From: Azolla caroliniana
Taxonomy: Eukaryota; Plantae; Polypodiophyta
Length of the DNA stretch: 64,000 bases
NCBI GenBank assembly: GCA_043228905.1
Contig: JBHGNT010000004.1
Coordinates: 6,510,001 to 6,574,000 of the forward strand
Direction: 5' to 3'
Shown: piece by piece, positions 1 through 14,501 of the stretch
Numbering within the stretch: position 1 is the stretch's first letter
Layout: every line of letters begins with the position of its first letter
Notes under the pieces: generated by a model
Databases searched by the model: none
Seen by the model: the letters and a program-made list of their open reading frames with translations, nothing else
What the model was told of the DNA's origin: nothing
Made by a program: the position numbers and the translations under genes

Positions 1-129
1 AATTGTTGAGATCACCATGCTTGTGCGATAATTTGATACTTTAATTTTTATCTCCTTATGTAACCAAACAATCCATTATGAAGTGTTTTGGTCGACACCT
101 GTTTGCCCAAGTGCTAATCTACTTTGTTT

Positions 130-1250
130 TTCAACCCATTCACTTAGTTTCTATTCCGTGATGATGACATGCATTTAGCAATGGTGGAGCTCACCCACCA
201 TAAACAAATAAATTGGGTTAAGTCATGAGCCAACCATCTTGGATAAGGTTTTCTTGATGATTGGGTAATGAATAACCATTTAAAATATTCAAGTTTGTGC
301 AATTCAACGTGTTTACAAAGGTTTCTATAGCCAAATGCAAGACAATCCTTTTGAGTCATGTAATAAGCAAGAATCCATTAACTTTTCTTCTCATGTTTCT
401 TCATTTTTTATAATTTTCAACTCTAGCATTGAAATCTCCCACAATTTATCATGTGCTCAATCTATAAGGTAATTTGTGAGAAATAAGATGCCTTCATAGA
501 CCAACATGATAATGGATGTATGATATTTGAACATCCACTAAGAAAGGTGTGCATTATTTTCATATAGAGAGTTCTTACTATATAGGAATCTCCCTTTTTA
601 CGAAGGTTTACAAATGAGTCACATCCAAGATGTTCTATTGATTTGGTTCCATGGGTCAAAATTGGCCTCCTCACAAATAGAACATCTAGTCTATTATGTT
701 CTATTTGCAAGCTTCTCAAATGAAAGATCTTGGTCTATGAAAGGATCGTCTCCAACTGAAACATGCATACTATAATAATTTGACTCTTAGCAAGGAACCA
801 TATAAAACTTCTTTATTTCCAATATAACCTCTATCCATAGGTATTTTATATTTTCATATCTATATATTTTTAATTAAAATTATCTAAGCTATCATAAGAG
901 ATGCGTGTTATCCCTGTGGTATCCCTATTCACCGTTACCTTTCCTTTGGTGTGAGGCCATATGGATTTTATAACATAGCCATCTACCCTAAGTAGGCATT
1001 TTGTGTTGTGTCTCTTCTCTTGTGCTCGAGCAGCTCCCATGGGTCGGAGTAGAAACACCATGGAGAAAGAGATTGGATTAACCAGCTTAGAAACTAGAAC
1101 AAGATAATTTATCATAGCATCATCTGAGACTTCTATTACAACAATAAATAGATAATATCTATGCCATATATCATCCATAGAAAGGTTGATCAATTGGATG
1201 AGATCATAAATATCATCTCCATTCCGAAATTATCATTGCCACGATATGAA
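130..1250 (-). mobile_element. Highly degenerate retrotransposon-like remnant (possibly LTR pol/integrase)
   Basis: Several broken minus-strand ORF fragments with protein-like composition and no splice structure. The family is not securely identifiable. Confidence 0.25.
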
Positions 1251-1785
1251 TGGATAACACTCATGTGATCCAATAAGATTTTAAGATTTAAGTAATCAAA
1301 TGATCCTTTTTTAATAGTATGAGTGCGTAATATTCACATTCATATACTAATGAATGTACTAAGCAGCTTCCCAAGGTTGGTGGGAACTAATTTTCATCAC
1401 ATACCACCTTGAAGCCAGATAATATCCTTCAGGAGAGAGATCATCCCTGTTGTCAATATGAAAGACGGTGAAAAAGGTACCAAAGAATATTGCTATTCTT
1501 TTTCTTCACATCCTTAACCATCAACACTACTTGTTAGTTTACATGGCATCTCCTCTAAAATCCTGCTTCAATAATAACAGCCTTTCAACTTTTGGCTTTA
1601 AATTGAACTTCTTCATTATGCCTGTCAACCTGTTCACCTGAATCAAGATATACACCAAGCCAAAACAGTTAAATGCTATCGCTATATATTTATGCTATTG
1701 TGTAGAATTGGGAAAGTCTAATAATTTCAACAACCAAAAGTAAACTTTTTTTGTATTGGAGCGTCAAAGACCTCATGCTTTACCT

Positions 1786-4763
1786 TCAAAATACATACAA
1801 GCAGATTGCAGCAGTGCTTATTGTTGTTATCAAAACTGAAACAAAGTTGACTCCATTATTGTTGAGAATATCTTGCCCACATATCCTCTTCACTGTAGGC
1901 CCTGGCTTGTCTACTACCTAGGCGACAATTTATGAATTACTTATCATTTGCAAGCAACAAATGACACCAAGAAGTATTACAAACAGGATTAAGATCTATA
2001 CTTTCTTTCTTACTACACAATATCCACTGTATTGCATGGTTGCACCCAATAGGGAGTCACAAAGACTGCCAAATAAACCAGCAAAGGCACCCATGGGGAG
2101 TAATAGTAACTGCTTCAATGCAATCGTGCCTTCACATTTGGCAGTCACTAGTCCAGCAAGAAAACAAATGAGCCCTATCAGAGCTCCACCTCCTGTTGCT
2201 GCAAGTAAACCAAGTGAAGTAATACCCCCATTCACACCATGTTGAACTATCTGCAGAAACATCATATACAAGCTGAGAAATTTCTAGCTTAGTGTCCTTC
2301 AAATATAATAGCTACATCATGGAAAGTGTGAATACAGAAGACAGGTATGATTGTAAATTTGGTTTCCTTTTTTCATACAAATAAAGGTGATGATATCCAG
2401 GCCAAGGTCTAGGTGAAGTTTATTCGTACATACTCGGTTGCTTGCAGCTTGAGCTGGTCAGTAGAGGGCAAAGAGAGAAACCAAACTCAAATTCATTTTT
2501 ACCCCTCAAATTCATATTTTGTACTAAGTCAAACATTGTAGTAGTGAAGCATCCTGCAAATTGAATGAAACAAAAGGAGAAAAAGTTTCTTTCATAACTG
2601 AGACCCTGTTTCACATGGTCCTATGCTTCAACAAGTGTTGGACGTCAGCACATTCAGTAATATGAACCCTTCATGATCAGAACCTAATGTTTGCAAACTC
2701 AATCTTTTTACAATGATGCTAAATTTGTAAAATAAAATGACACATGGTAATTTTACAAGCTTTGTTTCTGAATGAGGTTTTAAAGAATGTCCCAAACCTT
2801 GTGTTTTTACAAGCCATGGCGCTGGAGTTATTTATCTATATCATTTCTCAACAATAAATGGAACACTTAAATTTTCTTTCACCCCAGAAACCATACTTTC
2901 TTTCTCCAATAAAAACACAAACTACTATGGTGTTGAAACTGCCAAAACAATCAACCAATATTATAAGTTAAAGTGCACATACTCTCATAGTGGTTATCAG
3001 GCGGGGTTGACTAGTACTTAGAACTCCAATTTCAGAAGACCATGTATCTCCATTACAACATGAATAATGTCCCAAGATCCCGCCTAAAAGCCCTGTGACC
3101 AATGAAGATGCCTTTGCATCCAGACATTTGTCTTCCCAGTTCGTATGGTAGACTAAGAACAATACCAAAGTGGTGGCGATAGAACTGTTAACGGAGACTT
3201 GCAACCTGCCAAAATGTCACAACAAATAGTACATTTAAGGGCATACTTCAGTACTCACATGATCACACACCCAGTCACTATTTGTGCTTTAGTTGTATAT
3301 GTTCCTACAGGTTCTAGGTAAATGCAATAAAAACCTCAACAACTCACTGACTATATATTGTTCGGCAAATTTATTACTTGTGAAGACCTGAAAGTAACGT
3401 CACATTAGGCTAATTTCTCGATGTTAAACTTTGCATAACCAGAACATCAATATATTCCATTTTTTCCCCTGTCAAGAATGAATGAGGAGTTTAAGTCAAA
3501 TGACTGCAATAGATTAATACCAATCACGTTGTCCTCCATGTTTGTATTCAGATCCTTCCAACAGCCTCTTTGTTTCTGCTCCACATTTACTGAGCTTGGA
3601 AGAGCTAATAAAAAATCCAAGCATCAAGGCACCAAATCTGTAAATGGAATGGATATAATAGATGAGAAAACATATTATATACTCAGGAATACTGCAGGAT
3701 TGAAACGAAGAAAGCAAAAACTTTGTTAATTAACACAGATCTTTGAACTGTGAGGTTTAAATAGGAATCTACGGAATTGAAGCAAATATGATTGTTTTCG
3801 AACTTGAGTTTCAATTGAATAAACTGAGTTTTGATCACATGTTATCTTCGAAGCATAGACTTCATCACAAAGCTTTGGAATTCAGACAAATAAAACAAAA
3901 AAACTTTGAAACATCAGATTCAATCAGGAATCTTAAACGTCCACCAAAGAAAGAAAGCTAATATTTGTTACTACAAGCAATCACTAAACAAAATGTTAAA
4001 TCACAAAAGCAAAATGCTACAGATTCAGACAGGAAAAAACAAAATGCTTTTCTAGAAAATTAAAACAAACTCTGAAATTTAACTAATCAGGTAGCCTAGA
4101 AATTCAGACAAAATCGTTTTCAACAAACATGATCTCTTAAAATTAAAAACAAAATACTTAAGTGGTATTGGTAATGAAAGAAAACAAAAGTTCTGCTAAC
4201 TGATCCGACCTCTTAATCAAGAGATACAGTCACGAAATTCAGACAAAGAAAAGAAAAGAAAATCTTTTCTAATCAATAAAGATCTCTGAAGCATAGGACT
4301 AAACAAGAAAATATTACGGGTTCGGGAAAAAAAAAAAAGGAAAAGGAAAATTTTATTCCATCAAAACGATCCCAATACAGAGATCTAGACACAACAGGAT
4401 TGCATATGAGAGAAGATACGAACGTATATGGAGAGAGCATGGAGAAACATCTGAAATAGAGAGAGGAGAGGAGAGTAGGACAAGACAAGACAAGAGAATC
4501 GCATATGAGAGAAATAGACCGAATGGAGAATAGATCTTCAAGGAGGAATTTGTTGCACAAAGAGGAAGGATGAAGAACGAAGATGAGCAGCATGAGTTAG
4601 GAAGAGAAGGATTTGAGTACCTGAAGCCACCAAGGAAGGAGAGTGAGAGGACAAGGAAACCAGCGATAGCACCGGAAGGTGAGAGAGACTTCCTGTGCAG
4701 AGACAACACGGCCACGACGGCTCCTACGAGGAAGGAGAAGACGCACCAAAGCAAGCTCACCAT
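1786..4763 (-). CDS. DUF92/TMEM19 family membrane protein (plant PGR-like), 5 exons
   Basis: Exons 4763-4621, 3637-3521, 3205-2983, 2250-2002 and 1917-1786 join in frame with GT-AG boundaries. Motifs: [70 protein letters not shown]. Stop TGA at 1788-1786. Confidence 0.9.
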
Positions 4764-4989
4764 GGTTCCTCTCAGAGCTCAGCAGAGTATGTTGCGATTT
4801 TGAGACGATTTATGCTTTCCATACAATAAGATGAGGGTTGATACAGATGGAGTGATGGAGTGATGGAGATGGAGACGGAGACGGAGACGGAGACAGAGAT
4901 GGTGCGATGGTGATGGTGATGGTGAATCCTGCCAAGCGGTCCTTCAAGGAATAGGTCAGCTCGGTTTGGTTCGGTTCGGTTCGGTTCGG

Positions 4990-5410
4990 TTTTGGTTTGT
5001 GCCATAAAACTTCTTCGGTGCACACAATGCTATGTTTGTGTGTTTGTTTGTTTGTTTGTTTGTTTCGTAAATGTATGTTTGTTATTCAAACAATAAGATA
5101 ATATGTACAACCATTGCTATCTCCACTTTAACATTCGGCAACAGTTTGAACGGAACCAAACTGTGAACCCACGGCTTAACAGTTTAAACAATTTAGTTTA
5201 AACTTCGGTTTTGGTTTGTGCCATAAAACTTCTTCAATGCACGCAATGTTATGCTTGTGTGTTTGTTTGTTTATTTGTTTCGTAAATGTATGTTTGTTAC
5301 TCAAACAAGATGATAATACAACCATTGCTATCTCCACTTTAACATTCGGCAATGGTTTGAATTGAACCGAACCGCAAAACCACGACTTAACAATTTAAAC
5401 GATTTGGTTC
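4990..5410. repeat. ~210-bp tandem duplication including a MITE left end
   Basis: The block TTTTGGTTTGTGCCATAAAACTTCTTC...CTCCACTTTAACATTCGGCAA occurs twice (about 4990-5200 and 5207-5410). Confidence 0.8.
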
Positions 5411-6244
5411 GGTTTTGTTGAGAATCAAGCTCAACATAGCACAACGTGTGAACACACCTTTTGAGAATCTATGATTACTCAAATGTCAAGAGTCACACCA
5501 CTAATCTCTACAGATTAACTATGTGTCATAGAATCATATTCTATGACACATAACTAATGAGTTACATATTCCCCATGACTATGAGTCTTCACATTCCCCA
5601 AAAGAGAGAGTGGTTGTTGTAAGTTAATGAAGAGAGAGGGTGACTCTATATAAAGCACCCTGCTCATACTTTATACTAAGTCGGTTGTGACTCCTTGTAA
5701 TGCTACATTTTCATTTATCATATTCTCCTTGTTAATATACATCTCCTTCTTCTTGAGTACTTCATTTTGTCTCTTATCCATCTTGTGTTTCTCTCCTCTC
5801 CTCTTTCCTCTCACACATACACATAACACACATCTCTTTTGCTACACAAGAATCACCATTGATTCTTTACAGGTAAAAACGGTTTGATGGTTTAGGGTTG
5901 CGAGTTTAGTTTTCTTTTAAATATTTTTTTAAGCAACCTATGAGCCTAACTCTCACATTTTAGGAAAAATTTTAAAATTTTGAAAAATTATAATTTGAAA
6001 TAATGAAAATTTTAAAATTTTAAACTTGCATTTTGACCTATAACTTGAAAACCAAAACCGAACCACGAAACCACATTTTTAACGGTTTAATGGTTTAACT
6101 GTTTGGATTTTTTTTAATGGTTCAGTTTAAACTGTTTTGGTTTAAATGATTTCGTGGTTCGGTTTAGTTCAATTTAAGTTTCAAAATTTTCAAATGGTTT
6201 AGTTTTGACACTCTCAAACCGAACCGAACCGTTGCCGATTGTTA
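5340..6244. mobile_element. Non-autonomous hAT-like MITE (AAACCG-rich) with nested insertion
   Basis: TIR-like ends TAACATTCGGCAA...TTGCCGATTGTTA. Near-TSD tctccact/tctctact. Same family as 53040-53501. Confidence 0.7.
5416..5869 (+). mobile_element. Solo-LTR-like insertion nested in the MITE
   Basis: Ends TGTTGAGAATC...GATTCTTTACA (TG..CA, imperfect inverted termini). Internal CTATATAAAG TATA box near 5646 followed by a CT-rich tract. It interrupts MITE sequence. The TSD is imperfect. Confidence 0.55.
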
Positions 6245-6249
6245 TCTCT

Positions 6250-7420
6250 ACTAGGTAAACCCTCTCCAAGTGTTATAATATACTAGATCACATAACTCTA
6301 CCTCATCTTGGGACAACATCTCCATCCAACATAGTTGTGAGAATCACGGAATCAACTTCCCTTTCATCCTATGGAGTGGTTGTGTTACCTCACGAAGTCC
6401 ATCAAACAAGAACCTATTTCTCATGGTCCAATTAAACCACATCCCCAAATACCTAAGATAGTTAAACACAACTTGATATAATGGTGTGGGTATAGCTTAT
6501 CATCATTTGTTAAAACCCACTTAAAAGGTGACAAAATACTTCATGTTATCAATGCCTAATTTTCTGATATAAACACCCAAATGGCTTTAGCAACCGGACT
6601 TATAATGAACCTATGTCTAGCATCTTCGTCAACCACTATACAGAAAAACATGTCACATTCAAAAAGATGTCTTCGTTTTAAAGCCATCACTAAAGGCAAC
6701 CCACCGACGTCACGCATTAAAGAAACACGTTTGCACAAAATGGAATGTGAGATTTCCATCCTACATCTAAAACTCGATGCCACCACTTTACATGTCGAGT
6801 ACTGTACCATGTATCAAAATCCGTATTGGCTAACCAAGCTCTATCGTCAACCAACTTATGGTATACATCATTAGCGTGCACAACAAATACTGATTTTCCA
6901 ATACCAAACGACTAATCTTTCCATGGTTCCTCGACCATCACCTCTGGAGTCGGGAAAACTAAACTAGGCAATGCCAGTATTGATTGCCAAATATACCCAT
7001 ACCCACATGGTATATGAAACTTATTTCTAACTATCTAAAATGCCATCATTTTCCTATGCGACTCTAAGATAGATAGCATCTTCCAAAGTTACCAAGTCCA
7101 ACTTTGTCATTCAATTGAACTATGAGTTTAGACTTTCTTTTCCATCCCAATGTAATATCCTTGAAGTAGCCAACACCTTTGTTACCAAAGAATTACTCTC
7201 TTTTCTACACACAAAGGGTCTCCGATCAAACAATTTCAAACATAGTTGCCAAGAAAGCACTAATTGTTGAACCATAATATATTGTGAACATTTAAATGAA
7301 CGAGTACTATTAACAACATGCCACCACGAGGTTATAATTCTCATTTTCCCATGGAATATACCAACCTTTGTCCACAAAATAACCAATTATTTCTACCCAA
7401 GGTTGGGTACCTACACACAT
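6250..7420 (-). mobile_element. Degenerate non-LTR (L1-like) retrotransposon ORF2 remnant
   Basis: Minus-strand fragments, including RYLGMWF near 6450 (resembles the RT thumb YLG motif), with many stops and frameshifts. Confidence 0.45.
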
Positions 7421-7554
7421 ACCTTTAAAAGATTGAATCTTCGAGCCACCATATGGTCTTCTAAATCTCATAATGTAGCCCCCCCCAAACCGTTTTTGGG
7501 GCCCTGGATGTTTGCCGATATGGTGCTAGGAAAGTTGTTATTGATCATCATCAT

Positions 7555-7558
<4 letters not shown>

Positions 7559-7637
<79 letters not shown>
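7559..7637. repeat. (GA)n microsatellite, about 39 units
   Basis: Seen directly. Confidence 0.97.
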
Positions 7638-7639
<2 letters not shown>

Positions 7640-8107
7640 GTCGAGCACCCGAAGAGAAGATATTTGATGATGTTCTTGGATGAATGCGTCGATGTGCCTG
7701 TCATACGTATGTACATTGTATACCTACCTTACCGTCCCTACTAAATAAAGACATTTAGGCCCTTTTTTTCTGCTTCTTTTTTTTCGATACAATTACGTCT
7801 GCACGACCGACCGAGACAAGGAAGGATGCGAGAAGAAGGAGAAGGAGAGGAGACTGAAACATACATACATACATACATACATACATTATTACATACATTC
7901 CTCAAGAGTCAATGGCTCGAAAATAAAAGAGAAAGCTTGCATTTTTATTTATTTCTCGAGAATGCCCCTAGCTTACCAATTTTTAGTATTTCCTGAAATG
8001 CCCCCTGGCCCGGTTTTTAGTATTCCCAGAGATGCCCCTCCTCCTCTTCCTCCCTGCCCACCGTAGGAAGAAAGCTAGCTCTGCAGAGGAAGCAGCAGCT
8101 TGACGCG

Positions 8108-10269
8108 ATGGCGTTAGCTTCGACCATGTCGCTCCTAGACGTCCAGAAGAAATGGCAGAGCTCCGAAGCCGCCACGCAAAACCGGATTCCTCTTCCTCCT
8201 TCCCTGATCATCGTCTGTTCCTTCAAGGCTCGGAAGACGTTGAAGAACAAGAGGCACACCCCCCTCCCCTTCCAAAACCCTATCAAACCTCTCATCTCTG
8301 CTCTCCTGAGAGATGACTCAAACATCAGCGCCGCTCTTGAGTTCTACGGCAAGTCCATGGCCCTCACCGAATGGTTCACTCTCTTCGAAGAGCTTGGCAA
8401 AATGGATCGATGGCTTCTCACACTGGACGTAGGTTTCTTATCTCCTCTCCCTCTCTTTCTCTCTCATTTACGCTTGTTATTGTTTTGGGGTGTCTTGTTT
8501 TCCACCTGAATAGTCACATATCCTGTATGCACTGCTTCAGTGTACTTGTCCAAGTACATTTCTTCTTGAAACCAAACATTAAAGTTCTTTTTAATGAGTT
8601 GTGTTTTTTTTTGGCACCAATTTGTATTGTTGACTCACAACCTACCCATAGATGATAAATCCTATTATGTGTGACTACTCAAACTCTGTTCGACAAAGGG
8701 TGTGCAATTCACACACATGTGTGCACACACGCCCACATGCATGCACGCACACATTAGGCCCATCAAGTTATTATGCTTCTCTCACTGCAGCCATCTGGAT
8801 GTCTAGGGACGTACTACAAGTATACTTGTTAATCCAACTAAGTGGAGATACACACCAAAGTTACATTTGGAAGTGCATGTGCATAAACAGTGTACAATGT
8901 GAATCATTTAAGTCAACTGTCAATGATGTTGCATATTTGCTTGGATGCATCAGAAGGATGTATTTGCCGCAATGATGTAATTTCATGTGCTTATTCAAAC
9001 TTTTGATTAAAAGCTATCTTTTCTGTGAAGTGTTAAGTTACAATATATCATCGTATAGAATCATGGAATCCCAATGCTCTTTCATGTATGAGAATTGAAT
9101 CTGCATTTGGATGAATGTCGAAATCATACAGACATGCGTGCGATATTTTGATTCAATATATATATTTCCAGGTCTTCAGGTGGATGCAACAGCAGAAATG
9201 GTACAAACCAGATGATGGATTCTATGCCAAACTTATTTCAATCTTAGGAAAGAAAGGTCAGCTTCGCCTTGCAATCTGGCTTTTTAGAGAGATGAAAAAA
9301 CATGGGTGTCGCCCAGATTCCTCTGTGTATAATGCCCTCATCAATGCCCACTTGAGAAATAATAAAAACAAGGAAACTGCTTTAATCAAAGCCTTTGATT
9401 ACCTTGAGGAGATGAAGAAGAAAATCCTTTGCAAACCGAATCTGGTCACGTATAACACCATCCTAAGAGCATGTGCTCAAGCTAAGCAAACTAAGAAAAT
9501 GGAAGAACTCTTCAAAGAAATGGGTGATGCTGGAATCAAACCTGATGCTTACACTTTTAATGGTATTCTGGATGCATATGGTAAAGCTGGTGAATTCCTG
9601 GACATGGAGTTGGTCTTGAGACAAATGAGACATCACAGAGTAAAACCTGATTTCATCACCTTCAATACCCTTATAGATGCATATGGGAAAGCAGGGATAA
9701 TAGTAAAAATGGAAGAAGCCTTAAAGAGTATGGCAGAGCAGAAGATAGCGCCTCAACTGTCTACTTTTAATTCACTTATCAACAACTATGGGTCTGCGAA
9801 ACGCGTGAATGAGATGGAACTGGTATTTAGAAATATGTCTGAAATGGGTATATCTCCTCGGTTAGTAACATATGAGGTCTTGCTGAAAGGATATGGAAAA
9901 TCCCAATGCATGAGCAAGATGAAAAGTTGCCTCAACCAAATGCGTCAAGCCGGTATCAAACCAGAAAGTTCTACCTTGAATATGTTGATGGAGATTTACT
10001 GCTCCAGTGGTATGATAAGGGAGGCTGAAGATCTATTAGACAAAGCAAATGACTTGGACGTAGAACCCACAAGCTTGTCGTACCTCATCCTTTACAAGAG
10101 CTATTTGAAGGGGAAATACTTTGACAAGGCAGAGAGTTTGATGGAGAGAATGGGTGCGTCTGGTATGAAACTGAATGAAAAGTGGTTTTTGCAATCCCTA
10201 GAAACATATGCCCTTGACGAGAATGCAATGGAGTCGCAAGAAAACAAAGAATTAGCAGTGATAACATAG
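8108..10269 (+). CDS. PPR5: P-class pentatricopeptide repeat protein, PPR5/EMB2453-like (probably plastid-targeted), 2 exons
   Basis: Exons 8108-8428 and 9172-10269 (GT-AG). Tandem 35-aa PPR repeats. VFRWMQQQKWYKPDDGFYAKLISILGKKGQLRLAIWLFREMKKHGCRPDSSVYNALINAHL closely matches the Arabidopsis At4g39620/maize PPR5 sequence as recalled. Confidence 0.88.
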
Positions 10270-11607
10270 AGAAACACAACACTTGTGCCATGGATTACTG
10301 AATCTGAAACTTTGATAATTCACAAGGGTAGATGTCAGATTGTGAGGGGAATACAATGAAACAATTTATGACAATGTCAGGCATGATCCGTGTCGTCTTT
10401 GATATGGTTCATACCTTTAAACTTGATTCATGTGATTACAAATCATCAATGCAACTCCAATGACAGTTCATACCTTTGATGAATCCTACTTTCTTAGGAA
10501 GTGGGAATCACTGACAACAGGAAATCATCGTATATTGCCCAAGCATGTTTGTGATTTTTCTGTAACCATAGCATTACAATTTTTGTAACATTACTAACAT
10601 TTTGTATCTAATCACTGGTATTCTGAATGTAAAGATGCTTCATCTATTCTATAGATGACTGTCTTTTTATTAGTCGTAGTGGTGTTTTTTTCAATGTTCT
10701 TACCCACCTTTTTATTGTGGTATTGGATCCCTGACCTATCTAACAAAGATAAAGTTTGTTGATTTGCATGGAAAGACATGCTATTGCATATAATATATGA
10801 AACTTTTAGTCAATACATGCATTATCTATGGAATGCCAGGAGTCTAAATATTCTAAATATTTGATCGGTGGCCTATCCAAATGTTGTAACACAATATTTG
10901 TCAAATGAGTAGGGGTCTATCAATTCCAAGCACATGACTAACAAGTCAAGATCAACCTCAAGTCCCCCAATCAATATATTATTTTTTATCTACGCTTGCT
11001 CCATGGTCAAAGAGTGTACTTACTTGGATTTAATAAGTCTAAATCTTCTTTATGGTCACAAATGGTTTGTCTACGTACATGTGTAGCTTGTTGGTTGCAA
11101 ATTGTGTATTTAGTTAGTTACATATGCAATTTGTTAAAGACTACATGCCACACCACTCCTAGTCAAATGATCAAGATTCAATGATGTAACAAGTTGAACA
11201 TCTATTTCGTTGATTAGGTTCATATTACATTGTCTTGAGGATATGCATTTGTTTGAGGCAACTCTCATTTCAAAAGGCCCATTCACATTATTTCATTGAT
11301 TAGGTTCACATTACATTCTCATAAATATATGCATTTGTTTGAGGCAACTCTCATTTCAAAAGACCCATTCACAATAAGTCGAGGATCAGCCATAAATGAC
11401 CTTCCAACCTCTATTAGAAAAACCCTTGGGTTGGAAGAAACATTATTTATGGATATGACAAGTTGGTAAGATTAAAGGTACTACTGATATACCAACATAA
11501 ATTAAGAGTAGTTATTATCTCATTGAATTGTAAAGGAGTGAAGTGAGTACACGGAGCCTCTATTGTGTTCTAAAGAGAGAAAAGGTTGTTTACAAAGTGC
11601 TTCTCCA

Positions 11608-11610
<3 letters not shown>

Positions 11611-11666
<56 letters not shown>

Positions 11667-11672
11667 TGTGTG
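11611..11672. repeat. (GA)n(GT)n compound microsatellite
   Basis: Seen directly. Confidence 0.95.
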
Positions 11673-12100
11673 TATGAAACCAAATGATGATTGGGAAATA
11701 ACTTCCCGATGCAAAGAGTGTTGAAAAGCAAGGTCTACATTTGAAACGCTAAAAGACAAATTTCCCACCAAAAGAAGGCCGAGAAGCGAAAGCCAAATTT
11801 TCTGATCGGGAAGGTGCCGTGTTAAGTAATAACTTTCCCACCAGAAACTGCTTGACCGGTAAAAAGGATAACTCTCTCATCAGGAAGGCGACCGGAAAAT
11901 GTCGAAAAAAAGTTGTCGGGAAAAGACCGAAAAAAGTCATGATTTCGGATGGAATGAATGAATGAAGGTTTTAAGACATGAGAAGATTCAAGCCCACAAT
12001 CTAGATCAGAGAGAAAAAGAGAGAGATCTGCATCTGGAAACAGGGGAGTCAGAAGAAAAAAAACATAGGTACAGCTCTGCCTCTAGAGGGAGAGAGAGAG

Positions 12101-14501
12101 ATGGATGTGCCTTCTCCGTTGTTAGTATCACCATTACCATCAAGAACACCATCACCATTACCATCGTCATCACCATCACCAGCTTGGGCCTCAATACAAC
12201 AACAGCAGCAACAACAACAAGGCATAGAGTTAGCTCGCGATCGGATTGATGCCCTCATTGAAGCCATGAAACCTCTAATTCTTCCTTCGTTGGAAGCTAT
12301 GCTTGAGTCTCCGAATCCATCACAATCTCTCTTGCAAGATGATAACCTGGCAACCGAAATTGTTGGCCGTTTGATCAAACCCTCGTCTGGTCATAGCCAT
12401 GATGTTGTATGTCGGTGGCTCTACGACACATTTCAAACCTTTGATCCTGACCTCCAAAATGTCGTCTTGAGGTTGGTGCATCTTATTTGATCCCCAAATT
12501 TGTCTTGATTTAAATTTGACTTCTCCATGAAAAGTTGTGTTTTTAACAAACAATGCATCATTTTAAGATTTCAAATAGAAGTGATTGGATATAGTTCTAT
12601 GTGGAAGTATACACTGATGCAGCATTTTTAGATCTCAAAGATAACTTGCAAGTCAAAAGATGTGTTGATGTGTCGTTAACAGGTGTCAAAACTGGAGATC
12701 ATGACTGAAAAGACTGGTTTACAAACAATGCATCATTGCATAAGTCAGAATTCACTTGTAAGCCAAGTGATCCATTTGTAAATAATGCATCGTATGGTAG
12801 TCATTTAGTAGATGCTTGCTAGCATTTTTTAGCTGTCAGGATTCAGTTCTAAGTGAAAGGATATGTTTTACAAAGAATGCATCATTAGTAGATGGCAGAA
12901 TTTCACTTGTAAGTGAAAGGATACATATGATATGTTTAGAAACAATGCACTGTTTTCCCCCTTCATTGTTTTCTTTTGAATATGCAATCACCATCTAAAC
13001 ACTATCACAGAGAAAGTTATACTATAACGCACATAATTTCACAATAAATAACTATAACCAAAATATGAGAGTGATAACACGGTGAAGCAATTGATGGTCT
13101 TTTTAATAAGATTGACTTTTTTTTCATGATCTAGGTATGTAAGTTATATATTTCAAATATGTTTCCTTAGTTATTCAGCACATTGCTAGTTTTTTCTTGA
13201 TCATTTTGTGTTGGACATAGTGTGTCGTCTATTGGATGCTAGACAACCTTTTGACCTTACACGCGCCTATTGGTTTCTTCAACCTTCTTATCTAGCATAT
13301 GTCACATTACTGTTTTCTTCATTCCTTTTATCTGGCATTTGGATCATGCCTTGGATGTGTTTAGAAATTTGGCAATATTTCATTTCTTTGCCTCCAGAAT
13401 GTAAATAGTGGTGCTCACATTTAGGCTCCCTCTGCTGCACCATGCATGAAAATAATCTTATAATACTGGTCTCTAGATTTTGATTTTTTCTTCTTGATCA
13501 GGTATATGCCAGTATTGTGTGGGGTCTATCTTCCTCGAGTAACCAGACAAGGAGACAAGTCTGTAGCAGGGTTCGAGGCTGTCTTACTTGCTATTTTTGC
13601 ATCCCAGACCAAGTCTAGTCCCATCATTGTCAATATTCCTGATCTTTCTCAAAGTAGTCTTTATCACATTCCTCTAAAAGTTTCTGCTTCTCCATCGGTC
13701 CCTCGACAAGGGCAACTTTCATCATCTTTGGAACCTCAAGACACTATCAAGGCCACAAAGAGAGCATGTGTTATTAGTGTTGCATTAGATCTCTTTTTCT
13801 CAAATATTGCCTCCATGCCAGAGAGATCCAAGATTGAGGCATGCCAATATGCATTAAAATGGGCCAGTCTTTCTTCAGTTGAAAACTCGATGATGCCTAT
13901 TGATGTGGAGACGATTCTCAACTCGACTCACTTCCTTACACTTCCTTCTCCTCTTCAGCATCTTTCAGAAACAGACAGAGTGACACCCTTTCTTGGGAGC
14001 AAAATAAGCACGTCCCGTTCCGGTTCAGCAAGATACGACCATAATCGAAACAAGATCACCGATGTGCGTTCAAGCCTCAAGAGGTTCACTTCTCTTAGGT
14101 TCACGTTTGGAGAGGCTTCACAAGAGAGGATTCCTAGTGAAACACTTGTTGACATCAATACAAAATCAAAGTTAGAACTGCCACTCAAGAAGGAATTGAA
14201 TGATGGCGCCACTGGAGTACCACTTACATGGGAGCTTTTTCGGCCTCTTGTCAAAATTCTTGGCCATTGTTTGTTGGGTCCTCTGAACGCAAAAGAAGTG
14301 AGAAATGCAGCATCAGTGGCCATTAAAGCATTACACTCGAGAGCTTTCCATGATGTACTCCCTGAAGCAATTATCGCCACACGTAGCCTTATGCGGCTAG
14401 ATATGGTAGCTAAAGATGCCACCGTGATTTCAAAAGAACCTTTGTTGTCTGATCCAGGTATGGAGCAACATAATTTGCATATCTTAGTTAGTTCAAGTTA
14501 G
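12101..14501 (+). CDS. Hyccin/FAM126 family protein (PI4K-alpha complex subunit), 2 exons
   Basis: Exons 12101-12471 and 13502-14501 join as ...WLYDTFQTFDPDLQNVVLR/YMPVLCGVYL. Also AGFEAVLLA, IPDLSQSSLYH and PLTWELFRPLVKILGHCL, which are typical of plant Hyccin. Confidence 0.85.

Noticed and set aside
7403-7744. ORFs with ERERER/SLSLSL runs
   Set aside because: They are translations of the GA microsatellite, not genes. The same applies to 11520-11771 and 21962-22382.
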